A stretch of DNA of 64,000 nt from Coleofasciculus sp. B1-GNL1-01 (GTDB lineage Bacteria; Cyanobacteriota; Cyanobacteriia; Cyanobacteriales; Coleofasciculaceae): assembly GCA_040220235.1 (NCBI GenBank), contig JAVJTO010000094.1; one strand, written 5' to 3'. Shown here piece after piece: positions 54,301-64,000 of this stretch. A program made the translations under genes and the position numbers. The notes under the pieces are model-generated. The model was not told where the DNA came from and searched no databases. It was given only the letters and a program-made list of their open reading frames with translations. Position 1 is the stretch's first letter. Each line of letters opens with the position of its first letter.

Positions 54301-56341
54301 GGGGACATGGATTGATGAGAAAACTGGAGGAGCCTTTAGTTGGCTGGGAGAGAAGGTTAATGGTGCTAATTCTTGGATAGGTGAAAAAGCCAACAGCGCC
54401 ACCTCTTGGATGGGTGAAAAAGTCAGTAGCGCCGAAACCTTTGTGGCTGATAAGGCGAATAATGCGACATCTTGGCTGACTGAAAAGGGAACCAGTGCGT
54501 TTAACTGGATGCAAGAAAAAGGTGAGACGGCTAAAAATTGGCTCACCGAAAAGGGAAGCAGTGCAGTTAACGCCGTTGGGGAAAAGGCAGGTTCTTTTGT
54601 CAGTGGGTTAGAGGCAAAAGGATAAAGTGCTGTTTCAACTATCCAGTCTAAAGGAAGCTCAATTTTAGAATGGCTCGGTGGTCAAGTCAGTTCGGTAGTT
54701 TCCGGTGTTCAAAGCAAAGCTAATAACGTTGTTTCCTGGTTGGGAGATAAGGTTTCTGGTGCGAAGAGTTGGGTACAACAAAAGAGTTCAGGTGCATTCA
54801 GTTGGTTATCTGACAAAGCTTCGGGTGCAACCGGTTGGATACAAGAGAAAAGTTCCGCAGGTTTAAACTGGTTATCTGACAAGGCTTCGGGTGCAACGAG
54901 TTGGACACAAGAGAAAGGGTCTCAAGGTTTAAATTGGCTACAGGAAACAGGCTCGGCTGTTGGTAACTTTGTCAAGGAGAAAGGCTCTCAAGGCTTAAAT
55001 TGGCTACAGGAAACAGGTTCGGCTGTTGGTAATTTTGTTAAGGAAAAAGGTTCTCAAGGGTTAAATTGGCTACAAGAAACAGGTTCGGCTGTTGGTAATT
55101 TTGTTAAGGAAAAAGGTTCTCAAGCGTGGAATGGCGTCCAACAGCTAGGAGAATTAGGTGGTAATGCTCTCCAATGGGCAGGTGATGGGATTAAAGCGGG
55201 TTGGGATTGGACGAAGAATAAGGCGGGTGAAGTTGGTAGTTGGGCAAGTGAGAATATATCACAAGGTTTAGCTTGGGCTGGAGAACAAGTCAGTCAAGGG
55301 TGGAATTGGGTTCAGGATCGCTGGGGTGATGTAAGTCAATGGTGCAGTGAAAATTATTCAGCTATTAGTGCTTGGGGACATGGAATTTTAGATGTTGCTG
55401 GATTTATTCCAGGATTTGGTGCTATTGCCGATGGTATTAATGGTATTTGGTACGCCTTAGAAGGAGATTGGGGAAATGCTGCTTTTTCCCTAGTTGCGGC
55501 TGTTCCGGGTATTGGTGATGTTGCGGCTTTGGGTAAAGCTGGTAAATATATTAAAGCTGCCGACAAGATTGGCGATGCCGTTAAAGCTGCCGACAAAGTA
55601 GGTGATGCTGCCAAAGCCACTGATAAGATTGGCGATGCTGTTAAAGCTGCCGACAAAGTAGGTGATGCTGCTAAGGCAGGTGATAAAGCTAGTGATGCTG
55701 TAAAAACTGCTGACAAAGTAGGTGATGCCGTCAAAGCTGCCGATAAAGTAAGTGACGCTGCTAAAGCCAGTGATAAAGCTAGTGATGCCGTAAAAACTGC
55801 TGACAAAGTAGGCGATGCTGCTAAGGCAGGTGATAAAGCTAGTGATGCTGCTAAGGCAAGTGATAAAGCTGGCGATGCTGCTAAGGCAGGTGATAAAGCT
55901 GCTGAGTTGCCCGCTGCACTAGCAGCATCTAAAACTATTACAGAAAGCAATGATGCTATCGATACCCCGGCTCCTGCATTGATTGGATTGTTAAATGCAA
56001 CGGTCAAGGCTAAGTTCAGTTGGATTAAACGCTTTGAAGCACGTTCTAAAGGAGTTCCCGGTCATTATTCTATCCACATGATAGCCAGTGAGCACAAGAT
56101 CACAGATAAATATACTGATTCAACGGAAAAGCGTTCTAGAGACAGTAGTAAAAATGAGAAGCATGGCGATGGCGGCAGGGCTCTATCTAAAGCAGAGGAT
56201 CAAATTAAAGAGTTAGAAGAACAGTTAAAAACTGCTACTAAAAAAGAAGCTAAAAAAATTAAGAAAAAAATTCAAAATATTAGAGAAGCCGCGCAAAAAA
56301 AGAAAAAAGGCGAAGAACACAGTAAAGGAATAAAGCGATGA
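50513..56341 (+). pseudogene. Large polymorphic toxin B (~1940 codons) split by one in-frame TAA at 54623-54625
   Basis: ORFs 50420-54625 and 54740-56341 share a frame, and the 38 intervening codons continue the W-periodic repeat pattern. The product has 11-aa repeats, a PT-TG-like pre-toxin motif (LDVAGFIPGFGAIADGING), DKVGDAxKA repeats and a basic helical tip. Confidence 0.72.
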
Positions 56342-56751
56342 GTTTAGAAAATTGGACATGGATTCCAAACAAAAGTTTTGGCTTAATTAAGTTTAATACT
56401 CCAATTGAAATATACACTAATAACATTGGAGTTTTCTTAAGTGATGATAATGCTACAATTGGATGGAAAACATATAAAGTTCCAGACGAGAATATCAGCA
56501 TTTATGTTGAAGATGGAATTGTTGTTGCAGTTGCTACTTACGAAAAGCTTTATTTTAAGGGTATTAATCTTATAGGAATTTCTCAAACCAAGTTAATCGA
56601 GATTCTAGAAGTAGAACCTGATGAAGTCGGGACTGGTGTTTTGTACGAAGATGGCGATGTCCAAACCCCACTAGATTTCGATCCCCTTGGCTTGCAAGTC
56701 TGGATTAGCGATTGTGTTGTGGTGTCAGCAAGTTTAAGTGATGATCTGTAG
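56338..56751 (+). CDS. Putative cytoplasmic immunity protein for toxin B
   Basis: ATGA overlap with the toxin stop; acidic 137-aa protein facing a very basic tip; AT-rich. Confidence 0.68.
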   Translation: MSLENWTWIPNKSFGLIKFNTPIEIYTNNIGVFLSDDNATIGWKTYKVPDENISIYVEDGIVVAVATYEKLYFKGINLIGISQTKLIEILEVEPDEVGTGVLYEDGDVQTPLDFDPLGLQVWISDCVVVSASLSDDL

Positions 56752-56810
56752 GCTAAATTATTACAATCGAAGATATGTTTTATAGACACATGGTATAATA
56801 TTTTAAAATC

Positions 56811-57008
56811 TATAGTGTTTTTAAATGATTCGTGTACAGCCAAAGCACTGAAAGCCTTACTGGGCAAGGTTTGCTTGTTTACATTTCACATAAAAATGCT
56901 ATATAGCCTTACCAAGGCAGGTTAGGACATTCCTAAAGTTCTCTCTTGCCTGTTATCAGGTCATTACTGGGATTGACTGATGTCCTAACGTGTCTGCGTA
57001 GTGCTATA
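56811..57008. mobile_element. Two abutting TATAG...CTATA MITE-like elements
   Basis: 56811-56903 and 56902-57008; the second resembles 20885-20991. Confidence 0.6.
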
Positions 57009-57050
57009 TAAACATATTATGCTCATATAAGTTGATTAATAGGGATAATT

Positions 57051-57296
57051 ATGGAAAATCAAACCAACCAAAATCAGACCCCAAATTCCTCTAAAACATT
57101 ACAACAAGAATATCAAGAATCTTTGTTAAAATCGGGTATTCAATCCGCCAAACTACTCAATGAGTTAATTGAATTAAAATTAATGCCAGACCCCCGCGCT
57201 AAAGAAATGGCTGATTTGGCTTTGGAGGTGATAAAAATAATTCACTCCGCCCCTGAAGAAATTGTCAACTTTAAAGAAAACAAGGACAATCCTTAA
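57051..57296 (+). CDS. Hypothetical protein
   Basis: 81-aa ATG ORF with an AGGGA RBS. Confidence 0.55.
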   Translation: MENQTNQNQTPNSSKTLQQEYQESLLKSGIQSAKLLNELIELKLMPDPRAKEMADLALEVIKIIHSAPEEIVNFKENKDNP

Positions 57297-57382
57297 GGGT
57301 TACTTGTAAAATCAACTAAATTGGCAATCCATCAACCCTTATATTAGTCTTTTGGCGATGCAATTACAGGAAAACTCCCAAT

Positions 57383-57856
57383 GTGACACCTGAAGACATT
57401 CCCTCAACACAACCGATTTTTGCCGCCATCGTCAATTTTTTCACAGAAGACAATTGGCACTATGCCCACCTAGAAAAACAGTCAGCCTTACGCCTAGCGT
57501 TTAAGGGAAAAAATGACCAATACGACTGTTATGCCCAAGCGATAGAATCACAGCAGCAGTTTATCTTCTACTGCTTATGCCCGATTAAAATTCCCAAATC
57601 TAAGCGTCGAGCTGTAGGAGAGTTTCTATCGAGAGCCAATTATGGCATGATTATCGGCAATTTTGAGTTAAATTTCGATGATGGGGAGATTCGTTACAAA
57701 ACTAGCACCAATGTCAAAAATCACTCGCTTGATTCAGACACTATCAAACAGTTGGTTTACACCAATGTAAACATGATGGATGAATACCTCCCTGGTATCA
57801 TCGCTGTCACGAAGGGGGGAGTATCGCCAGCCGATGCGATTCACGATTTGCCATAG
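57383..57856 (+). CDS. YbjN-domain protein (T3SS-chaperone-like fold)
   Basis: RANYGMIIGNFELNFDDGEIRYKTS signature. Confidence 0.85.
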   Translation: MTPEDIPSTQPIFAAIVNFFTEDNWHYAHLEKQSALRLAFKGKNDQYDCYAQAIESQQQFIFYCLCPIKIPKSKRRAVGEFLSRANYGMIIGNFELNFDDGEIRYKTSTNVKNHSLDSDTIKQLVYTNVNMMDEYLPGIIAVTKGGVSPADAIHDLP

Positions 57857-57947
57857 TTGAGGATAGTTTGACCCCTGCCTAACCTTCCCCTTGACAAGGA
57901 CAGGAAAAAGTTATGGATTATGATCAGTATGGAATCTCTGTTGAGGT

Positions 57948-58346
57948 ATGAGTTTATCGTTGAAACCCGTTGAATGGGTAGGAAGCTCTCTTGAAGATTT
58001 GAAAACTTTTCCAGAGGAGGTTCAGCAAGTCGTTGGCTATGCTTTGTACTTGGCTCAATGTGGTGAAAAGCATCCTTCAGCTAAACCCCTCAAAGGATTT
58101 AAGGGAGCTGGGGTGCTTGAAGTTGTGGAAAATTTTGATAAAGACACTTACCGAGCCGTTTATACCGTGAAACTCGCTGGCGTCGTTTATGTCTTACACG
58201 CTTTTCAAAAGAAATCCAAACAAGGAATTGCTACGCCAAAGCAAGAGATTGAGTTGATTGAAGCAAGATTAAAACGAGCCAAAGAGCATTACGCCGAAAA
58301 CTATCGTCAGCAGCAAAAGGGAGAAAAAGATGACTCAGGAGATTAG
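57948..58346 (+). CDS. RelE/ParE-superfamily (Gp49/HigB-like) toxin
   Basis: WVGSSLEDL, AKPLKGF, YRAVY and VLHAFQKKS motifs. Confidence 0.9.
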   Translation: MSLSLKPVEWVGSSLEDLKTFPEEVQQVVGYALYLAQCGEKHPSAKPLKGFKGAGVLEVVENFDKDTYRAVYTVKLAGVVYVLHAFQKKSKQGIATPKQEIELIEARLKRAKEHYAENYRQQQKGEKDDSGD

Positions 58347-58659
58347 TGTGCAAGCCAGTAGTGGGAATGTTTTTGCCGATTTGGGTTTAGAGAATTCTGA
58401 TGAATTGTTGGTGAAAGCTGAACTGGCATATAAGATTAGCCGTATGATTACTCAGCAACAGTTGAACCCAACTGAAGCCGCAGAAGTTTTAGGGATTGAA
58501 CCATCCCAAGTATCTGCTCTAATCCATGGCAAGTTATCCAACTTTTCCATTGTCAGTTTGTTTCGCTGCTTGAATGCTTTAGGGCAAGATGTAGAGATTT
58601 TCGTGAAAACGAAACCTCAATCTCGCTCAAAAGCGCAAACACGGGTGGTTGCGACATGA
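58330..58659 (+). CDS. XRE-type (HTH_37) antitoxin
   Basis: SSGNVFADLG motif plus HTH; overlaps the toxin gene. Confidence 0.9.
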   Translation: MTQEISVQASSGNVFADLGLENSDELLVKAELAYKISRMITQQQLNPTEAAEVLGIEPSQVSALIHGKLSNFSIVSLFRCLNALGQDVEIFVKTKPQSRSKAQTRVVAT

Positions 58660-58769
58660 TTTTGGAGTCACTTTTGTTAGTGGGGTTGAGGAACAGATAC
58701 CTCCGAACCATTTTGGAAATCACGGCTAAAAACCAACAGCCGCGTTTAATATCTGCATTTATCAAGTGA
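58656..58769 (+). pseudogene. Probable truncated DUF6883-like remnant
   Basis: LRTILEI...PRLISAFIK* directly upstream of DUF4926 resembles the C-terminus of the usual DUF4926 partner; only 37 aa remain. Confidence 0.45.
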
Positions 58770-58770
58770 C

Positions 58771-59031
58771 ATGGAAAATCTGAATTTGCTGGATACAATT
58801 GCAACGCTAAAACCGATTCCCTTGAAGCGGTTGCACTTAATTGAATCTGACTATGTAATGCTTGAAAACTTGCCAGTCGGACAAGTGGGTACAGTTGTCA
58901 ATATTTATGATGAGCAGGAAGAACCTCACTATTTAGTTGAGTTTGCTGATTTACAGGGGCGGGAATATGCAATGGCTACATTGAAACGAGACGAAGTTTT
59001 AATACTGCACTATGAACTTTCAGTGGCTTAA
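58771..59031 (+). CDS. DUF4926 domain protein
   Basis: LLDTIA...GQVGTVV...YLVEFADLQGREYAM signature. Confidence 0.85.
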   Translation: MENLNLLDTIATLKPIPLKRLHLIESDYVMLENLPVGQVGTVVNIYDEQEEPHYLVEFADLQGREYAMATLKRDEVLILHYELSVA

Positions 59032-59280
59032 CAAGAGCAGGATTTACGCCGTTAAAAGTTACCTTTTTAGGTTGGGTTGAGCAACGGATTGGGAAATTCA
59101 ACCTCATCAGAATGGCACGCTCAATAAGATTGGTGGGCAATGCCCACCCTACGGTATATCAAAGATTTCGGTGATCCCAAAATGCTTATTTCACCACCAT
59201 TGAATCTAAGATATGTCAATATCGCTCTTTGGTTACTTTCAACTAGACTAGAACTGTATTGAACCTCTCAAACAAGCAAT

Positions 59281-59541
59281 ATGTCTCTCAGCGAACTTTT
59301 ACCCACTGTTAGTCAACTCTCTCATCAAGATAAACTTCGACTTATCCATTTTCTGCTTCTTGCCGTTGCTAAAGAGGAAGGATGCAGTCTAGAACCTGCG
59401 GACAATAGTGATTCAGCTAATGCACTGTTGAATCAATTGGCATCAACAGAAGCCGTTGTCTGGTCTCCTCAAGCAGATCAAGCAAGTGTTCAAGCCTTGT
59501 CGGATCTTTTGGTGGCGGCGCGGAGAGAAACTAATGCTTAA
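59281..59541 (+). CDS. Small hypothetical protein coupled to the aspartyl protease
   Basis: LSHQDKLRLIHFL...VWSP motif; overlaps the next gene. Confidence 0.72.
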   Translation: MSLSELLPTVSQLSHQDKLRLIHFLLLAVAKEEGCSLEPADNSDSANALLNQLASTEAVVWSPQADQASVQALSDLLVAARRETNA

Positions 59542-59953
59542 TGGTCAACGATTCCCGTTCATTGAACGCATAAATAGCCTTGGACTTTCGAGTGTCATGC
59601 CATATTTGCCGATCACTCTTGTCAATAGAAGCTGCACTGTCGAGGTAATGGCACTTGTAGATACGGGTGCAAGTGTCAATGTTCTACCTTACGAGATTGG
59701 TATACAGTTAGGGGCAGTCTGGGAAGAGCAAACTGTTCCGATTCAGTTAAGTGGAAATTTAGCTGATCACGAAGCACGAGGCTTGGTGGTATCGGGTATC
59801 ATTGTTCCGTTTTCGCCTGTCTTATTGGCATTTGCTTGGACTCAATCAAGAGATGCGCCTGTAATCCTGGGACATACAAACTTTTTGGCGGAATTTAATG
59901 TGTGTTTTTATCGCCATGAGTTAGCTTTTGAGGTTTGTCCAATAGACAAATGA
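59534..59953 (+). CDS. Retropepsin-like (clan AA) aspartyl protease
   Basis: ALVDTGAS catalytic motif and ILG motif; ATG 59534 overlaps the upstream stop. Confidence 0.82.
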   Translation: MLNGQRFPFIERINSLGLSSVMPYLPITLVNRSCTVEVMALVDTGASVNVLPYEIGIQLGAVWEEQTVPIQLSGNLADHEARGLVVSGIIVPFSPVLLAFAWTQSRDAPVILGHTNFLAEFNVCFYRHELAFEVCPIDK

Positions 59954-60186
59954 ACACAACAGATGTTCAAGCTTTGGGGCGCAAGGCTTCATCCGTGTCA
60001 AGCTTGGGAGAGGGGCTGGGGGTGAGGGCTGGCGTGGGAGAGAGGTTTTAAAAGTAAGACCACTAACGGGTTAGACTGTTGGGTTTCGCTTACGCTCAAC
60101 CCAACCTACGGTGAAAAGGCGCACCCTATTTACAGCCGCTAATTATTTATGCTTAAATAATTTTAGATATACATCTGCTATGCCCC

Positions 60187-63100
60187 ATGAATATTTTCAC
60201 TCAAGGACAGGGGCGGCTGTTGGCAGGATTGGCATTAACCTTTACTATTGCTCAATCCCCTGCTTACTCCCAACCCATTACCCCCGCCGCCGATGGTACA
60301 GGAACCACGGTTAATTCTGAGGGAAACCGCTACGATATCCAAGGGGGTACAGTTTCCGGAGATGGGGTGAATCTGTTTCATAGTTTTGAGCAGTTTGGAC
60401 TCGATACCAACCAAATTGCTAACTTTTTGTCGAATCCAGAGATTCAGAATATTTTAGGGCGGGTGATGAATGGTGAACCGTCGCTGATTAATGGGTTGAT
60501 TCAGGTAACAGGGGAACAATCGAATCTATTTTTAATGAATCCGGCGGGGATTATTTTTGGTGAAAATGCTCGGCTGAATGTTACGGGTGATTTTACCGCA
60601 ACCACGGCGACGGGGATTGGTTTTCAGGGGAGATGGTTTGAGGCATTTGGTAGCAATAGTTACAGCAATTTAGTTGGGAATCCGAATGGATTTAAGTTTG
60701 AGACGGTGCAGCCCGGAGCGATTATTAATGCGGGTGATTTAGAGGTATCCGAAGGACAGAATCTTTCGCTGATTGGTGGCGGGGTGCTGAGTACGGGGAA
60801 TTTGACAGCACCAGACGGTAATATTTCAGTGATGACAGTACCGGGAACGAGTCGGGTACGGTTGACTCAAGAGGGACAGCTTCTGAGTTTGGAGGTTGAA
60901 TTACCGACAGATAATCAGGGGAATTTGTTGGCAATTGAACCGTTAATGTTACCGGAATTGTTGACGAATGGCGGTGTGGTTGAAGCGACGGGAATCGCGG
61001 CGGCGGATGTGGAAGCTGAAGCTGGAGATATTGTTGTTAATCAGGTAACAGGATACACAGCAACGTTATCGGCTGAAGGCGATATAACCTTAGTTCCGGT
61101 TGGGGAAGGCGTTGCACCTTCTTTGGTAACAACCGGGGATTTAAATCTGTTGGCGCAGGATACAGTATTGGTAAGGGATAACCAAACCAGTCCTTTTTTA
61201 GCTCAAGCGGGAGGAAATCTTTATATTCAGGGGAATAATGGAATTGATATTCTGGCGCTGAATCATCCAGACACCCCATTTGTGAGTGGGGGAAATCTGA
61301 GTTTAGTGAGTGATGGCAAGATTTCCAGAGATGCTCACTTTACCAGTGGTGGTAATATCTCGATTCTTAACTTATCTGGAGAACCAACGGATTTTATCAG
61401 TCTCTATGATCCCATTGATTCGTTAGATGGAGACTTTTCTGCGGCTGGCTATACGGGACCAGCTTATAAAGTAGAAGCTGGAGGTAGTATCACGTTTAAT
61501 GGGGATATCGTCATTAATAGTCCAGATGCCAATTTTGCGAATGCGGCTCCTGGTACAGATGAATTTATTATTGGAAATTTCCCAGCACTAATATTAATTG
61601 CAGAAAAGGGAGACATCACGGTTGAAAGTATAGCCACGTTTGCTGCTACCCCTCCTAATATTCCCGAAATTGCGGGACCAATAATATTAGACGCTGGGGG
61701 TGATATTAAAACCACAGGTCACTTCTTAACCATTGACGATCCCCCAATAAGAGTTAGCCTTGGCTCATTTGTAAGTCCAGGTCGAACGGGGGATGCGGGA
61801 GATATTACAATTAACAGCGGTGGTTCTATTGATGTTAGTTCAGGTGAAGTCTCCACATTTACTAATGATGGTACGGCTGGCAATATCACATTAGAAGCTG
61901 AGGGTGATATTAGAATAGCTGACGTATTTGCAACGAGTGTAAATGGTGGCGATGGCGGAACCGTTAGTCTGCAAAGTAACTCAGGATCTATCATATCGAA
62001 TGGAGAGATATTATCTTTTTCCGAAACAGGTAAGGGTGGAAGTATCACCCTCGACGGTGCAGTCACTCTGGAAAATAATATATTGTCTGATGGCGCTTCC
62101 GGTGGAGATTCAATCACCTTCAATGGTGCAGTCACTCTCAAAAATGATGTAAATCTCAGCACTGGTACTAACACAGGTGATATTATCTTTGATGGCACAC
62201 TGAACGGAGATTATCAGCTAGAACTTGATGCTGGCTCTGGTACAATTCAGTTTAAAGATTGGGTGGGTAATGAGAATCCCCTAAATCGCCTCGACATTAT
62301 AAACGCGGATCAAGTAGAGATTGCTGGTGGTATTATTACGGGCAACCGTGATTTGTTTATTGATCAACCCGTATCATTAACAGGGAATACAACATTTGAT
62401 GTAGGTACAGCTACACTTAGCTTTGATTCAACTCTGGCTGTAGCCGAAAATAATTTAACCCTGCTAGCTAATGAGATTGACTTTGAAGGCGGAGCTAATT
62501 CAGTGACTGGTACAGGTGTCCTTGAGCTTCGCCCTTCAACACCCAACCAAGGGATTGCCATCAATGGTTTAGCCGATAGCGGTTTGGACACTTTTGATAT
62601 CACCGAAGCAGATCTTGAGGCATTGGATGGGTTTGATCCGATTATTATTGGTCAAGAGAATAGTTCTAGCTCAATCACTATTAATGATGTGACTTTTGAT
62701 AATTCGGTAAAAATTCAGTCTCCTCAAGGTTCAATTACTGTTGATGGAAATATTACAGGAACAGGAAATGCTTCAATCGAACTCAACAGTGCTAACACAA
62801 CCTTGAATGCCAATATCACCACAGATGGTCAGGATATCATTGTCGGTAACACTCCCAATCCCATAGAAAATAGTGTGTGGATTGGTACAGATTTGGTCGT
62901 TCTCAGCACGGGTTCAGGGCAAGGCGGGGATATTACCTTTAATGGTAATGTTAATGGTCAACTCAACAATGAGCAAAGTCTCAATGTTAACCCAGGTATG
63001 GGGGGAGTTTTCTTTAACGGTGACGTGGGGAATGTTAACTCTTTAGAGAATTTAATTATTGGCGATGATGTCACAGGAAGCGCTAACTTAATTGGCAACT

Positions 63101-63861
63101 CAACCACAGTTTTCAACAGTTTATTTATCAATGCCGAACAAACCCAGGTGGCAGGTGTAATTACAACGACTGGAGGTTCCATTGAATTTGCGGGTCATGT
63201 AATTTTGCTAACTGATGTAACATTAGACACAACGTTTAATACGGAAGATACGGGAACATCAGGCAATATTATTTTTGGCAAAACTCTTTCCAGTGCGGCG
63301 TCAGATGATAACTTTCCTGATGATACTGACACTCCTCCCTTCAACCTAACCCTAATTGCTGGATCTGGAGATATCAATTTTAATGATGCTATAGGGACTC
63401 AAGATTCTCTAGGAACAATTGATTTAGGTCAAATCAATATCGAAAGTGCTAATCAGGTAACAGCCGCCTCAACAATTGCAACCAGTGGGTCAGAAGGTTT
63501 TAGTATCACAGCTAACAGCATTGATATCCAAGGTGACTTAAACACTAATGATGGACTCGTGAACTTTATAGCGAATAATGAAATTATCGTTAGCAACATC
63601 ACCTCTGAAAGTGGGACAATCACGTTAAATAGTGATACGGGCAGTATCAACACTAACACTCTAAGCGCTACTAATGGCTCAGTACAGCTAACCGCCGGGA
63701 ATCAGATTAGCACTGATGATGTATCTGGCAATGTAGTGAATCTTTTTGCCAATAATGACATTGATATCGCTAACGTTACCTCTGAAGGTGAAGGAATCAC
63801 GTTAAATAGTGATACGGGCAGTATCAACACTAACACTCTAAGCGCTACTAATGGCTCAGTA
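60187..63861 (+). pseudogene. FHA-N (TPS) beta-helix protein interrupted by IS630
   Basis: Signal peptide, NLFHSF and NPAGI motifs, strongly similar to the N-terminus of 4088-10087. The repeat ...TNGSV is cut at TA 63860-63861, and the ORF stops at 63885 inside the IS. Confidence 0.82.
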
Positions 63862-64000
63862 AGCTGTTATGCATTTAAACTGTGATAAGAGCATTACCCT
63901 TATTTTTCAGTTTCCGCCCCCAATTAATAACTAGCTTGTCTTCATTTAAAAGTTGATGCAACAAAGATTCTAACTCTTCAATGGATTCAAAAAGCCGATT
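63862..64000 (-). mobile_element. IS630-family element end with transposase C-terminus (partial; CDS 63875 to >64000)
   Basis: The minus strand reads [41 protein letters not shown], typical of cyanobacterial IS630 C-termini. The end AGCTGTTATGCATTTAAA follows a TA. Confidence 0.78.

Overview
This is a chromosomal window from a filamentous cyanobacterium: HIP1 GCGATCGC octamers are frequent, STRR heptamer repeats and GTAG-ended REP-like palindromes occur, and the guaB3-Yfr1-trxA synteny is present. A marine, Coleofasciculus-like host is an inference. In order it holds: guaB3, Yfr1 and trxA; a DUF928 / FHA-N-FG-GAP-CHAT / KGK cluster; a divergent XRE module with palindromic operators, flanked by direct repeats; an alternative Na+-type N-ATPase operon (atpD-C-Q-R-B-E-F-A) with a CPA2 antiporter, a 35-aa membrane peptide ORF and a lipoprotein inserted and no atpG; Uma2, bciB and ggt; a PLD-helicase-like pseudogene split by a TnpB element; an FAD oxidoreductase and an AMIN amidase; a pair of STAND-like AAA ATPases; an MDR dehydrogenase, mtnB and mtnC; DUF2079; an IS200/IS605 TnpB element; ribBA; then a toxin locus, YbjN, TA-type modules and a second FHA-N protein cut by IS630. 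The most notable locus is 48.4-56.8 kb. Two tandem polymorphic toxin-immunity pairs share a near-identical duplicated upstream region and about 200-aa N-terminal leader (resembling eCIS-cargo N-termini) but carry unrelated tips and unrelated putative immunity genes. All family names come from motif recognition by eye; no searches were run.
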